A stretch of DNA of 64,000 bases from Octopus vulgaris (GCA_951406725.2 OX597830.1:62434001-62498000); one strand, 5' to 3'. Positions 28,550 through 41,568 are shown, counted from the first letter of the stretch. Notes: generated from the sequence alone by a model not told the origin. Numbers and translations: made by a program.

Positions 28550-29178
28550 CATGTACACACATGGTCAGTAGATAGAAACTTCGAAGTCACTGCCACCACT
28601 CTTGTTGTGAAAGTATAATACCAAAAAAGTATTGAGTAATTCTTCATTTTAATGTTAAATCGTTCTTATCCTAAATCTACATAAAAACAAACATTGATGC
28701 ATTCAAACAGTCTTCATAATAATGGTCAGAATAAACATAATTTGTAACATAACTCCATATACTTTACACTTTGGAAAATCTAATGTGAAACCAGTCAAGT
28801 GTAGTCCTATATTTTAAAATATAATTAAATTCTAATTAATTATAATACATTCTCTGTACATTTTCAACTTCATTTCTTCTGTTGTACTTGTTTCTATTAA
28901 TAGCAATATATCATTGCTATTATGTTAAACTGTTGTATGTCCAAATTTGGCCAAATGCGGTTTTTCTCAATATTATTTCTGCTGGCAATAGCCGGTTCTT
29001 TTGGTCAAACTATCGTATCTCCAGCTGCTTCAGAATCCAAGATATAAAAACTTGTCAAAATGTTGTACAATGGTTTTGCTATGGAATGGTGAAACTATTT
29101 TTTGTTTTCTGAAAAAGTAACATTTTGGACTTAACACTTTTGCATAATAGCAACGATACATACATACACACACACACA

Positions 29179-29773
29179 CACAACTAAAAAAGCTACTAGT
29201 AGTTTCATAGTTTCATGCTTATATGATACATTAACTAGGCATATTTCTAAAAGATACCATGTATAGAATAAAAAGTTTTCAATGGTACAACAATGCACTA
29301 TAATACAGGCAATGGGCTGTGTATACCTGTTGTAATTTAGTCATTCATAGTCTGATATGATATTTCGGAATAAAATTCCTTCTTCAGATATTCGTAGATG
29401 AAGTCACTGCTATAATCGGTTTACTAATGGCTTTTGGATAATTTAAAACCATTATCGTCCATTGGAAAGCCGATTATAGCAGTGACTCCATCTAAGAATA
29501 TCTGAAGAAGGAATTTTATTCCGAAATATCATATCAGACTATAGATGACTAAATTACAACAGGTATATATCCCATTGTCTGTATTATAATGTATTGTTGC
29601 ACCATTCAAAACATTTTATTCTTTACAAACAATACACAGTGCTTCAAGCAAACTACAATACTCTCCTATACTTTGTATCGCCAAGCCATTATGATGTATT
29701 TTATAAATATGCCTAGTCAATGTATCAAAGTATCATATAAGCATGAAACTATTAGTAGCTCTTTCAGTTGTGT
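29179..29773. mobile_element. Palindromic doublet of Penelope-like pseudo-LTRs
   Basis: Arms of ~260 and ~320 bp are reverse complements around a centre near 29446. Each arm reads outward as an ORF-end relic followed by a hammerhead core. Confidence 0.75.
29489..29547 (+). ncRNA. Candidate minimal type I hammerhead ribozyme (mirror copy on the minus strand, core 29354-29387)
   Basis: CUGAAGA-A-GGAAU(UUU)AUUCC-GAAA-UA(UCA)UA-UC; predicted cleavage after C29535 (AUC); stem I imperfect. Confidence 0.55.
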
Positions 29774-31250
29774 ATTAAAGTAATCTCTCACAGTGGGTGG
29801 AGTACTTTTTTTGTTGATTCTACATGTATTGGATCTACTTATATATATATATATATATATATATATAAGATTAATCAGCCGAAATTACTACGATGATCCG
29901 GTTCTTGACTGAAGACTGAGGGCTTTGAATGTCCTGTCTGTGTTTGTTGTATCGTCTTCTAAGTGTTATGCGTTCTTGTCACAGTTTGTATTTTTTTTAC
30001 ATATCATAATATATATACATATATTGCAACTTGTTGCAAAAAAACCCTTATTATTATAATTATATATATATATATAGATAGATAGATAGATGATATCTTT
30101 CACTATTGAATTACTTAATAGAGGTTATTTCTCTCAATTATATACATATATTATATATTGTGAAATTTGATTTAGAATTGCTAAATTGAATTTTTCCCTG
30201 TAAGTTTAGAATTATATTCCCTACTATTATTATATATATATATGTGTGTGTGTGTGTGTAAGCTTCTTTCAGTTTTCATCTTCCAACTCTGCTCACAAAG
30301 CTTTTGTTGGCCTGGGGTTCTAATAGAAGACACTTGTCCAAGATTCCATGCAGTGGGACTGAACCTGGATCCATCTGGTTTGAAAGCAAACTTCTTAACC
30401 ACACAGCAACACTTGCAACTATCATCTAAAGAATATATATATATAACTTGTTTACCATTTTTTTTTTTTTTGGCATTAAGTGCTAGCTAGCTCCACTTGA
30501 CAACATTTTATACTAAAATTTCACCAAGTCACACAGCAGTCTTCCACAATTCCAACTAACAATTGGTGATTCTTAAATTTCACAAACGATGCCCAAACTC
30601 TGCTACTGCTGCTGTTACCATTTCAAATCTTTTGGCATTATCTGTGACATTTTCTCACATGCAGAATTATATTTTACCATAAACATCCTGTATTCTTCAT
30701 TATTTCTTCTATTGCAAACTGTTTCTTTTTTTAGAAATGGTAAATCATAACATACCGGATGTGTTCTTCTGGCACTGCCCTGTTTTTGAGACGGGTGTCA
30801 CCACAACCGGTTTCATTGTATGCAGAGCATAGTAGTAGAGGCTGTTGTTGTTTAATCCCAGGTCAGTTTTGAACCTGGAACCACAAACTTCTCAATCACA
30901 CAGCCATCCCTGTGCCAACAATGTGGAATGAAAATTGGTTAGAAATGTCAAAAGAAGGAGACTTCATGCTTTAATATTTCAACTGTGGCCATGTCTTGTC
31001 GAAATATTCCATGTGTTTTTGTTCAGACCAGACAGATGTGGCCTCTCACACCTACCCTACAATGTCATTCTAAAACAATGCGAATGAATAGGTGCAGACA
31101 TGACTGTATGTTAAGAGGTCTGCTTCCCAACCATATAGTTTTGGGTTCAGTCCCATGGCATGGCACCTTGAACAAGTGACTTCTATAGCCTCAGGCTGCC
31201 CAAAACCTTATGAGTGGATCTAACAGATGGAAACTGAAAGAAGCCTGTCG

Positions 31251-31293
<43 letters not shown>

Positions 31294-31294
31294 A

Positions 31295-31470
31295 AAGAGA
31301 GAGAGAGAGGGAATTCACAAAAAGACAAAGACAGGTGGTGTAGACAACAAACAGATGTATTAGTATAACACTCGGGAAGTGAAAAAGTCTTTAACGTTTT
31401 GAGCCTATGCTCTTCCACAGAAAGGAACACAGAAAGAAAATAAAGAATGTGTAGTGGCTAGCGATCTACA
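31295..31470 (-). mobile_element. Penelope-like pLTR relic nested in the (TA)n of a SINE-A
   Basis: Minus strand cttt-ctgtgga-a-gagc-atag-gctc-aaaa-cgtt-aaag (31389-31424), the same architecture as 19164-19198. Confidence 0.5.
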
Positions 31471-33214
31471 TATATAAATACACACACACACTCACACACA
31501 TATGTTGTTTGTGTGTTTGTCTCCCACTACTACCTCACAACTAGTGTTGGTGGGTTTACATCCCTGTAACTTAGCAGTTCAGCAAAAGAGACTAATAGAA
31601 TAAGTACCAGGCTTTACAATGAAATAATAGGTAGCGGGATCGATTTGCTCTACTGAAGTTCTTCAAGGCAGTGCCCCAGCATGGCTGCAGTCTAATGACT
31701 GAAACAAGTAAAAGATGAAAAATTAATAAGCCTTACATTTGACAGGGGGACCCTGGTATCTTGAATGCTTCGGGGCTAAAAATAAAACATTAAAATTAAT
31801 ATCTTCTCATCAACAAAGAAACGGGAAGTAGTTTCATTGTTGTGTTTATTTCTAACACGGAAACAAAACGTTTTTATCCGAGGTATTATTACTACTCTCC
31901 TTTGTTTCTCCCCCAAATAGGGGGAACCACACCCTTGGAGGAAACAGTTTTTCACCTGCATCATACATATTATTAACAGGAGTTAATTTGATACTTGTTA
32001 AAGGGTTTCTTAATCATCCTTTTCAATAGTGTGGGTGTGTTTAGGGTTTCAGTTTTATCTTTTTCTTTTTTGAGGGTTTTTCAGTTTTATCTTTTTTTTT
32101 AGGGTTTTCCTTTCATATTGCGCAAAACTAGTGGGTGGGTGGTTGGGTATTGGGGGTTTGAGGAGTGGAGCTAAATATAGTAACTAAGAAGGGAGTCTAA
32201 ATAAATAAAGGATTGGCAGAGATGGTGGAGGGAGGGAATTAGCAGGGATGATGGTGGTGATGACAGTGGGAGTGGTGATGGTGGTGATGTTGGTGGTGCT
32301 TGTGATGGTAGTGGTGGTGGTGGAGGCAGTAGTGGTTGTGGTGGTGGTGGTGATGGTGCTACTGGGAATATTGATGGTGGTGGTGGCAGTGATGAAGACA
32401 ATGGTGACGTTAGTGATGGAGATGGAGATGTTAGTGTTGATGCTGGTGGTGGTGGTGGTGGATGTAGAGATGGTGGTGATGAAGCCGATAGTTGTGAGGT
32501 GGGGTTTTTGGTAATGGTGAAGATGAGGGTGGTGGAGGCGTTACTGCTGCTGGTGATGGAGATGAAGATACTAGCTGTGAGGGTGATGGTGAAGATGAAG
32601 GTGGTGGTGGTGTCTAGATGACAGGGTGGTAGTACATTATTGAGGAATATCTAAAGTGAAATTCCTTATTTTTCTTTTAGCATTTTTAATTCAATTTTTA
32701 AAATTTTATTTTTGTCTACTTCAAAATTTCAATTTTTTTAAAAATAAAAATATATTTAAAATTTTTATCAAAAAATAAAAGAAAAGCTTTAGATTCCTTA
32801 AAAGTAGACAATAAATAATTACTTTTACTTACTTCAGTCATTGGACTGTAGCCATGCTGGAGCACTGCTTTGAAGGATTTTGGTCAAATAAATTGACCCC
32901 GGCATCTTGTTTTCTTTTTTTTAAGTATGGTAGTTATTTCATCATTTATTTTTTGGTGGTGGGGGGTGCTGAACTGCTAAGTTACAGGAATGTAAACAAA
33001 CCATCATCAATCGTCAAGCAGTGGAGAGACAACTACAAAGACACCCACACAAACATACATATGTACACATTCACATACAATGGGTTTCTTTCAGTTTCTG
33101 TCTATTAAATCCACCCTCAAGGCTTTGGTTGGCCCAAGATACCACACTGGGACTGAACCTAAAACCATGTGGTTGGGAAGCAAATTTCTTACCACACAGC
33201 CATACCGGCATCCA

Positions 33215-33582
33215 TTACCTCTGTCTTAGCAAAGGCGGAGGTGTTGTTTTCAGTCATGTTTGTTTGTTTGTCTGTGGACAAGATATCTCAAGAACCATTG
33301 GATGGATTCCAATGAAACTTCCAGGGATGTTTGGCCTTGTGACTGGCATGAACTGATTCGATTTTGGGATCGAACCGGTACCGAATTATTTTTTGGGATT
33401 ATTTTTCCTGTTTCTTTTTTACTTAAGTTTTGAGAGTGGTCGGGTTCAATTTTAATATTGTCATTTGTGAGAGCATTTGAGTTTATTTCAGATATTTTCA
33501 TTCTAAAAATCATGTCCGGCAAATCGTTGCGAGGAAGTTGGTGTTGCCTTGGCGAAGGTTTGCGCTTTCTGAGTGCTCGTTT
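33215..33582 (+). mobile_element. Helentron-associated (HINE/DINE-1-like) non-autonomous element, copy 1
   Basis: 5' tacctc...ggcggaggt inverted motif, (gttt)n, 3' ccttggcgaaggt subterminal repeat plus gcgct..gagtgc hairpin before TT. Confidence 0.65.
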
Positions 33583-33765
33583 AATATATTTTTCTCTTAC
33601 TTGTTTCAGTCATTAGACTTTGGCCATGTTGGAGCACCACTGTCATTTTTTTTTTCTTTTTTTAGTCAAATAAAACAACCCCAGTTATTAACTTGTTTCT
33701 ATATTTGTCACGGTTTTCTTTTCCGGTTTATTTATCATTTTCCCAATTTATTTTTCTCTTTTCAG

Positions 33766-33843
33766 CGGACATATGTGTTTGCCTTCCTCCTTGGTTCCAG
33801 GCTTTTTACCAATCCCCAGGATCTCTTCTCCCAGATCTGTCAG
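33766..33843 (+). CDS. RASGEF1B: RASGEF1-family exon B: RTYVFAFLLGSRLFTNPQDLFSQICQ
   Basis: Acceptor ctcttttcag, donor gtcagt, 78 nt, phase 0/0. Continues DYYPD|RTY.F.FLL.SRLF as in RASGEF1 proteins. Confidence 0.93.
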
Positions 33844-34760
33844 GTCAGTTGAAATAGTCATTTATCATTCTCCAACAGAATCTTTTAATTAAACATTCTA
33901 ACGTTAATTATCAGAGAACTCTTGTGTTCAGTTGTACAAAGACTCTCTAACGGCAGAGCAAACAGATGTTGACAATAACAACAATGGTTGGCCAAGTTTT
34001 GAAACCATTATTATTATTATTGTGGCGAACTGACAGAATCATTAGCATGCTGGCCAAAATGCTTAGTGGTATTTCATCTGTCTTCAGATGAAATACCACT
34101 AAGGCGTTAGCACGCCAGGCGAAATGCTTAGCGGTATTTCATCTGCCGCTACGTTCTGAGTTCAAATTCCACTGAGGTCAGCTTTGCCTTTCATCCTTTC
34201 GGGGTCGATTAAATATGTACCAGTTACGCACTGGGGTCGATATAATCGACTTAATACGTTTGTCTGTCCTTGTTTGTCCCCTCTGTGTTTAGCCCCTTAT
34301 GGGTAGTAAAGAAATAGGTATTTCATCTGTCTTCACACTCTTAAGATCAGAATTCTGGTTTGATGACAATTCCCTTCTCAGGGCATCTACTGCCTGCTCT
34401 TGTCAGCCATAATGAATATAGCACATCATCTTAACCTCTAGATTTTGTGGAGTTAAGTGAATAATACATGGAATCACCTCCTGGATAGAACACTAGTCCT
34501 TCTTAGATAACTTTCCAAGGAAATTTACTGCCTGCTCTTGTCAACCAAGGTAAACATATCATATAGAATCAGAAACCTTATCAAAAAAACATAAAATTCC
34601 AACAGCAAATTTAAATTTGCAGTCTATGTGCTACTTGCCCAGTTAATGTTTACTCCGTGTAATCTATTTATTGTTTCATTTAATTAATGTTTGTAATTAT
34701 TTTAAATTAAACTACTGATTAGAATTGTTCTTTAATTTTCATTCTCATTTATTTCTTCAG

Positions 34761-34805
34761 ATATGCATTTGTCAGCAAAACCTTGGACATGACAGAGTTA
34801 AAAAG
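34761..34805 (+). CDS. RASGEF1B: RASGEF1-family exon C: ICICQQNLGHDRVKK
   Basis: Acceptor atttcttcag, donor gtaagc, 45 nt, phase 0/0. Fills the gap equivalent to vertebrate LCVEHQRLSDPDSDK. Confidence 0.82.
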
Positions 34806-35129
34806 GTAAGCTAACAGTTCCTATTCCAGTGTGTGTGTGTGTGTATGTATGTATGTGCATGCACACACACACACATACACATCAATATCAGACAATGAGA
34901 ATGAGTACTTAACACTGCAGTGGGGGATAAATATTATTTATTTGTGGATTACCAAGACAACCAATGGGTTCATGTAGTAAGGATCTCCACAATTATTCAA
35001 ATTATACACTTAGGAATGATGATACTTGCCACTCATAACATTTCCAAGTGGTCTATTTGAATAATTGTAGAGATACTACATGAAACCATTGGTTGCCTTG
35101 CTAATTCACAAATAATATATATATATCTT

Positions 35130-35465
35130 TGCATATATGTGTATGTATATATATATATATATATTTGCATGTATGTATATATATATATTTGCATATATGT
35201 ATATATATATATATTTGCATATATGTATATATATATATATTTGCATATATGTATATATATATATATTTGCATATATGTATATATATATATATTTGCATAT
35301 ATGTATATATATATATATTTGCATATATGTATATATATATATATTTGCATATATGTATATATATATATATTTGCATATATGTATATATATATATATTTGC
35401 ATATATGTATATATATATATATTTGCATATATGTATATATATATATATATATTTGCATATATGTA
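35130..35465. repeat. 26-bp minisatellite (ttgcatatatgtatatatatatatat) x~12
   Basis: ttgcat recurs at exact 26-bp spacing from 35189 to 35423. Confidence 0.92.
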
Positions 35466-35931
35466 AATATATATGTGTTTATATAATTTCACAGGATATT
35501 TTCTTTTTATCCTCCCCCATACCTCACACCTTCTCCATTCTCTCCACTGGCATTGCTATCTCTTGCATTGGTCGGAAACATGGTGCATCATATATACATA
35601 TGTCCGTAGAAAACTGAGCTAACTGGAACATATCAAAAAGACAACTGCATAAATAAATAAATAATTATGCCCGTTTTTTCTTTGCTCTTTCTCTCATAAC
35701 ACACGACAGAGATAAGAACCATTTCAGTGAGGAGAGATGAACAATGGGTGTTAATGACTCAAAGTATTTATTATTGCGTTCATTAAAATACATTTTGGTT
35801 CTGATGTTGTTAGTGTGGCTGTTCATGAAAGCAAACCATTGCTTCCATTACTTGGACAGTGTCAATGTCTTTCTATCTATCTGTCTATATGTTTATTCTC
35901 TCTGTTTATCTATCTACCTATCTATCTATCA

Positions 35932-35963
<32 letters not shown>

Positions 35964-36025
35964 ATGTATATATATGTGTGTATATATAAATGCGTATATA
36001 TATGTATATATATATATAAATGTAT

Positions 36026-36065
<40 letters not shown>

Positions 36066-36070
36066 GTGTG

Positions 36071-36101
<31 letters not shown>

Positions 36102-36927
36102 GTATGTATATGTATATATATGTATATATATGTATATGTATATATATGTATATGTATATATATGTATGTATGTATATATATGTATGTGTATATGTATGTA
36201 TATGTATATATATGTATATGTATGTATATGTATATATATGTATATGTATGTATATGTATGTATATGTATATGTATGTATATGTATATATATGTATATGTA
36301 TATATATATGTATGTATGTATATATATGTATGTATGTATATATATGTATATGTATGTGTATATGTATGTATATGTATATATATGTATATGTATGTATATG
36401 TATGTATATGTATATGTATGTATATGTATGTATATGTATGTATATGTATATATATGTATGTATATGTATGTATATGTATATATATATGTATATGTATATA
36501 TATGTATATGTATATATATGTATGTGTATATGTATGTATATATATGTGTGTGTGTATATATATATATATGTGTGTGTGTATGTGTATATGTATGTATATA
36601 TATGTGTGTGTGTATGTGTATATGTATATATATGTGTGTGTGTATGTGTATATGTATGTATATATATGTGTGTATTATTATTATTTCAGGCGGCAAGCTG
36701 GCAGAATCATTAGCATGCTGGACAAAATGCCTAGCAGTATTTCACCTGTCGCTACATTCTGAGTTCAATTTCTGCCAAGGTCGACTTTGCCTTTCATTAA
36801 GTAACACCCAACACACACACACACACAAATTGTTAACTGTTCTTGTAATGTCCTCCTCATTTGATGCTCTTGTGGCAAATAAAAGAACTCATTATTATCA
36901 TTGCTGTTGTTGTTGTTGCTCTTGCAG

Positions 36928-36971
36928 GAATCTCTCGGCCGCTTTGGACCAAACTTTGTCAGGCTACTAAG
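36928..36971 (+). CDS. RASGEF1B: RASGEF1-family exon D: [14 protein letters not shown](S)
   Basis: Acceptor ctcttgcag, donor gtgagc, 44 nt, phase 0/2. The terminal AG joins the first T of exon E to give Ser and keep the frame. Confidence 0.85.
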
Positions 36972-38715
36972 GTGAGCGTTGTCTTCTATTTATTTGTTGT
37001 TTACAAATGTTATATTGAACGAATATACATTGGTGAATGCTGTAGAGATGGAGGCTAAAGCTATAGTCACATCAGGCGGGTATGTAGGTAGGGTAGAGGC
37101 TGATAAATAGAGAAACTGATAAGCAGGGCGGGGATTGACAGGTAGGTCAGTAGGTAATACAGGTAGGTAGAGAATAAATGGAAAAGTAGAAACAGACAGA
37201 TATATAGATAGATAGATATACATACATTCATACAGTCAGCTAGGTAGGTAGACAGATGGATAGATATATAGACAGACAGGTAGGACAGAGAATGAGGCAC
37301 ACAGGTAGGTAGGTAGGTAGGTAGGTAGGTAGGCAGTTGAAGGGTAGACAGGTAAGGTAAAGACAGACAGATTGACAGATAAAGAGATAGATTGATTGAC
37401 TGATAGATAGGTAGATAGATAGACACAGACAGATGTACATACATTGAAGTAGAGCATGGAAGCAGGCAGGTAGGCAGAGTAGAGACTGGTGGATAGACAT
37501 ACATACAAACAAACAGGCAGGTAGGCAGTGGGGGACAGACAGACATAGGCAGGTAGATCAATATAGATAGACAGATATATACTTAGATAGACATGTACAT
37601 ACATAGACAGATGGATATATAATTAGATAGCCAGGCAGGTGTATACTTAGAAAGGCTCATAAATAGATTGATAGACAGACAGATATATACATAGATAGAC
37701 AGACAGGTATGTATAATAAAATAAACAGGCAGATAATATAGACAGAGAGGCAGGTATATATACTAAGATAGACAGGCAGCTTGGAAAACGGTCGTTAAAT
37801 GATGAGGATGATAGATAGACTGATATTTATAGTTAGATAAATTGGTATATACAGAGAGAGATAGGTAAATATACATACATACATACATAGACATATATAT
37901 ATACATTGATAGAGAAATAGGTATATACATAGACAAACTGGTGTGTGTGTGTATATATATATATGTGTGTGTGTATACATATATATATATACATACATAG
38001 AGACAGGTAATAATTAGATAGCTAGATTTGTATATACATAGACAGGTATGTGTAGATAAACCAACAAAAATATATGGAGAGATAGTTTCATTCCCATAAT
38101 CCAGTTGCTTAGTTTTGTTGCTGTTAATCTTGCTACTACTAATTCTACTACTACTACTACTGTTGTTACCCTTTATTCACCTAATGTGTGAGTGTGCGTG
38201 GGTGTGTATGTGTGTAGTAGGGTAGGGGACAAACAAGGTGCTGTCTTCTATTGGGAGAAAAATGATGAAATGTTTATGAAACCAGGATGTAAACTTGGAG
38301 AAAAAAAAGGAGTGTTACCTATTGGGTGGCATGATGCTGTCTAACCTGGGAGGTAACACTGAATCTGGTAGTCATCATCATCATCATTATCATCACCATC
38401 ATCATCATTATCCTTTTCATTATCCACATTCCATGCTTGCATGGAAAATGTGGACATTTGCAATAATGATGATCATGATAATGATCATCATCATCATCAT
38501 GATAATAATGATGATGGTGATGAATATTGGAAGGGTGTGTGAGGATGAGGATAAAGATGATGAGAATCAATAGGTGATGGTGATGATGGTGATGATGATG
38601 ATGTTCGTTATATGTTATCAAACCTTAAGTTAATAGTATTTGAACTGAGAGAAGTAAGTTGTTCAATTAATTAGCAATAATAAATAAATGTCTGATCTTC
38701 TTCTTCTTCTTGCAG

Positions 38716-38857
38716 TCATTGGACAGATTTATATCCACACGATTTCCTTGATGAACGAATGCAGAAGACTTTAAAAGACATTTCCCAGAGAATCGTCGCC
38801 GTTTATCCAGAACTGCGTAAAGAAGTAGCTAATATTATGCAGAATCTTTACAACGAA
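38716..38857 (+). CDS. RASGEF1B: RASGEF1-family exon E: (S)HWTDLYPHDFLDERMQKTLKDISQRIVAVYPELRKEVANIMQNLYNE
   Basis: Acceptor ttcttgcag, donor gtaagt, 142 nt, phase 2/0. REM motif W...(F/Y)P.DF.DERM...LK. Confidence 0.93.
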
Positions 38858-38967
38858 GTAAGTATTCTTTCTAATTAAATTGCTCCAATTAATAGATTCA
38901 AAAATATTCTAATAACTGAAAACATCAAAATAAGACTCGTATTTGATTGAGTTGTTATGATGTTAGG

Positions 38968-39500
38968 CTAGAGGGTTTGCAAACTTAAGCTTGTTGGCCA
39001 AATCTTGCTCGCAACCTCATTTATCCAGCCTCCAGCTTTATTCATTTAGCTCTCAGTTCATTCATCCAACCAGCACCACTGTCTCTTTCATTTGACATGC
39101 AACCTCATTCATCCAACTTGCACCCAGATTTATTCAGCCTGCAGCTTCATTCTTCAGACATGAGGCCTTAGTCATTCAACCCACAGCCTCATTCATCCAT
39201 CCTCATTCATCTGACCTCCAACCTTATTCATCCATCCTCATTCATCTGACCTCCAGCCTTATTCATCCAACCCACCACCTTGTTGATGCAACTTGTACCC
39301 ACATTTATCCAGCCTGTACCCTCATTCATCCAGCCCACAGCCTCTTTCATCTGGGTTATCTATTTATTCAGTATGTGATGTTTGTTACAAAAATTCTTCA
39401 TTTTCTTTATCAATCTTTGGTTAACAAACAACAAAATTCAGCTTTGAAAAATAAAGCCAAAATCCTGTAGTGGCCCTTAAATAAATCAATGTTTTTACAT
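38968..39500. mobile_element. Old hAT-like MITE with degenerate internal ~20-bp repeats (cctcattcatccagcc)
   Basis: Left end tagagggtttgcaaact...ggccaaatc; repeats at 39015-39350; right end poorly preserved. Confidence 0.4.
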
Positions 39501-40185
39501 TAATACAAAAACTAAGGTCCCTAGATGCAATATTTTAAACAGACACTGTTTTCTCCTTTGTAAATGAATGGAACAACAGGACCAACGCTATTGTTGTTGC
39601 ATAGTAGTTTACATAAATAACTGATTGTGAGAAAGGAGGAGGGGTTGACAAAAAAATGTTTAATTGAATGTCAAGGAAAGACAGGTAAACTGGTTGGTAC
39701 CACATCTACCCTGAAGCTATAGGTACCCCACCACCACTATCCATCATACTTAATACTTCACAGCATGCCATGTCATAAGTGGCACATACTAATTCCTGCG
39801 GCTCTAAATATTTAGCAGTTCCTTCATTCCAATACACGCAAACACATCTCTCTCTCAACCCCCCCCCCCCCCCCATTCACTCTCTCAAAAATATACTCAA
39901 GAGGTATTTGCCTTGAATCAGATTTATCATTGTTTTTTGGGTGGTTTTTTCACTTCAGATGTTAGCAATATAACAGTCACTCTTACATATTCACAATAAA
40001 CAGAATCTCACTTGCAATAAATAAGCAATATTTTATTCATTGTTTCTTTGTAATTATTTAAATATCTTTTAAGTATATGATGACGATGACACTGTGAGAC
40101 ATCTGACAACAGGATGTTGTCTGCTCTCACAGAATCAACCAGAGCAAGTCAGACTGAGAGCTCTGAGAAGTAAAATAATGATAAC

Positions 40186-40540
40186 AAGAACACTCGGAGA
40201 GTGCAAATCTCCGCCAAGGCAACACCAATGTCCTCTCAATGATTAGCCAGAAATGATTTTTAAAATGAGAATATCTGAAATAAACTCGACTGCTCTCACA
40301 AATGAGAATACTAAAAATGAACCTGGCCACTCTCAAAAATTGAGTAAAAAAACAGGAAAAATAATCCAGAATATTTGTCCGGTATGGGATCGATCCCAAA
40401 ATCTAATCAGTTCATGCAAGTCACGAGGCCAAACATCCCTGAAAGCTTCATCCAAATCCATCCAGCAGTTCTTGAGATATCTTGTCCATGGACAAACAAA
40501 CATGACTGAAGACAATACCTCCACCTTAGCGAAGGCAGAC
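40186..40540 (-). mobile_element. Helentron-associated element, copy 2 (inverted relative to copy 1)
   Basis: Its reverse complement aligns end to end with 33215-33582. Confidence 0.7.
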
Positions 40541-40571
<31 letters not shown>

Positions 40572-40604
40572 GGCATCAATAAGACAATAAGAAGAAGAAG
40601 AAGA

Positions 40605-40811
40605 AATCAAGAGGAATATAAAGGAAATTGGAATAGAGTGCCCAATAGAACTATTACAAAAGATTTGCCTCCTTGGCACAGCCAGAATAATCAGGAAATT
40701 ATTAGATAGCTGAAGAGAACAGCCTGGTACTGTAGGCTGCAGGTAATAAGCCCACTCCACATGCAAGACTCCAAGAGTTCCTACAAAACCTGGGTTAGGA
40801 ATAATAATAAT
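40605..40811 (+). mobile_element. R4/Dong-type non-LTR retrotransposon 3' end
   Basis: KRNIKEIGIECPIELLQKICLLGTARIIRKLLDS*, short UTR, (ATA)n tail. Confidence 0.75.
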
Positions 40812-40814
40812 GTT

Positions 40815-41240
40815 AAAAACAGGATTTTATGGGAATTCCCCATAAAGACTGAGTATACTATTGAAGTAAGAAAACCAGATTCAATTATAAAGAGAACAAA
40901 ATATTCGGTGTAAGATCACAGACTTTGCTATACCAAATGATGAAAGGTTGGTTACCAAAGAAAATGAAAAAAAAAAGAATGGATACCAAAATCAAGCCAG
41001 AGAGCTGAAGAGACTGTGGGAGACTAAGACGAGAATTATTCCTGGGGTAATCGGTGCACTTGGCACAGCACCCAAAATGCTACCAAAGAGACTGAAAGAT
41101 ATTGAAATTGAAACATTTTGATCTGCAGAGCAGTGTTATCCTGTATTCTGCCAGAATCCTTAGAAAAACTTTTGAGATTTGAGGAGACCTGCTGTCACCA
41201 AACATCAAGAGAACATCCCTGCTAACTAAATGTAGCATGT
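40815..41240 (+). mobile_element. R4/Dong-type restriction-like endonuclease relic
   Basis: ILWEFPIKTEYTIEVRKPD../KITDFAIPND..KENEK..YQNQARELKRLWETKTRIIPGVIGALGT../DLQSSVILYSARILRKTFEI*, frameshifted. Confidence 0.85.
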
Positions 41241-41568
41241 AGTAGCTTTAAGAATTATATTTGTGTTTTTATCAACCATTAAGGATTGACAAAAAAAAAA
41301 TTAGGGACAATACAAGATGGCACAGTGTAGTATTATGTATATATGCACTGAGGTCGATATAATCGACTTAATCTGTTTCTCTGTCCTTGTTCGTCCCCCT
41401 CTGTGTTTAGCCCCTTGTGGGTAGTAAAGAAATAGTATATAATAAAGATGATAATGATAGTAGAACTGGTAGTAGTAGTAGTAGTAGTAGTAATAATAAT
41501 AATAATAATAATAATAGAAGCAATAACAACAACAACAATGATAATTTCTTGTTTTATCTTTTCTTTAG

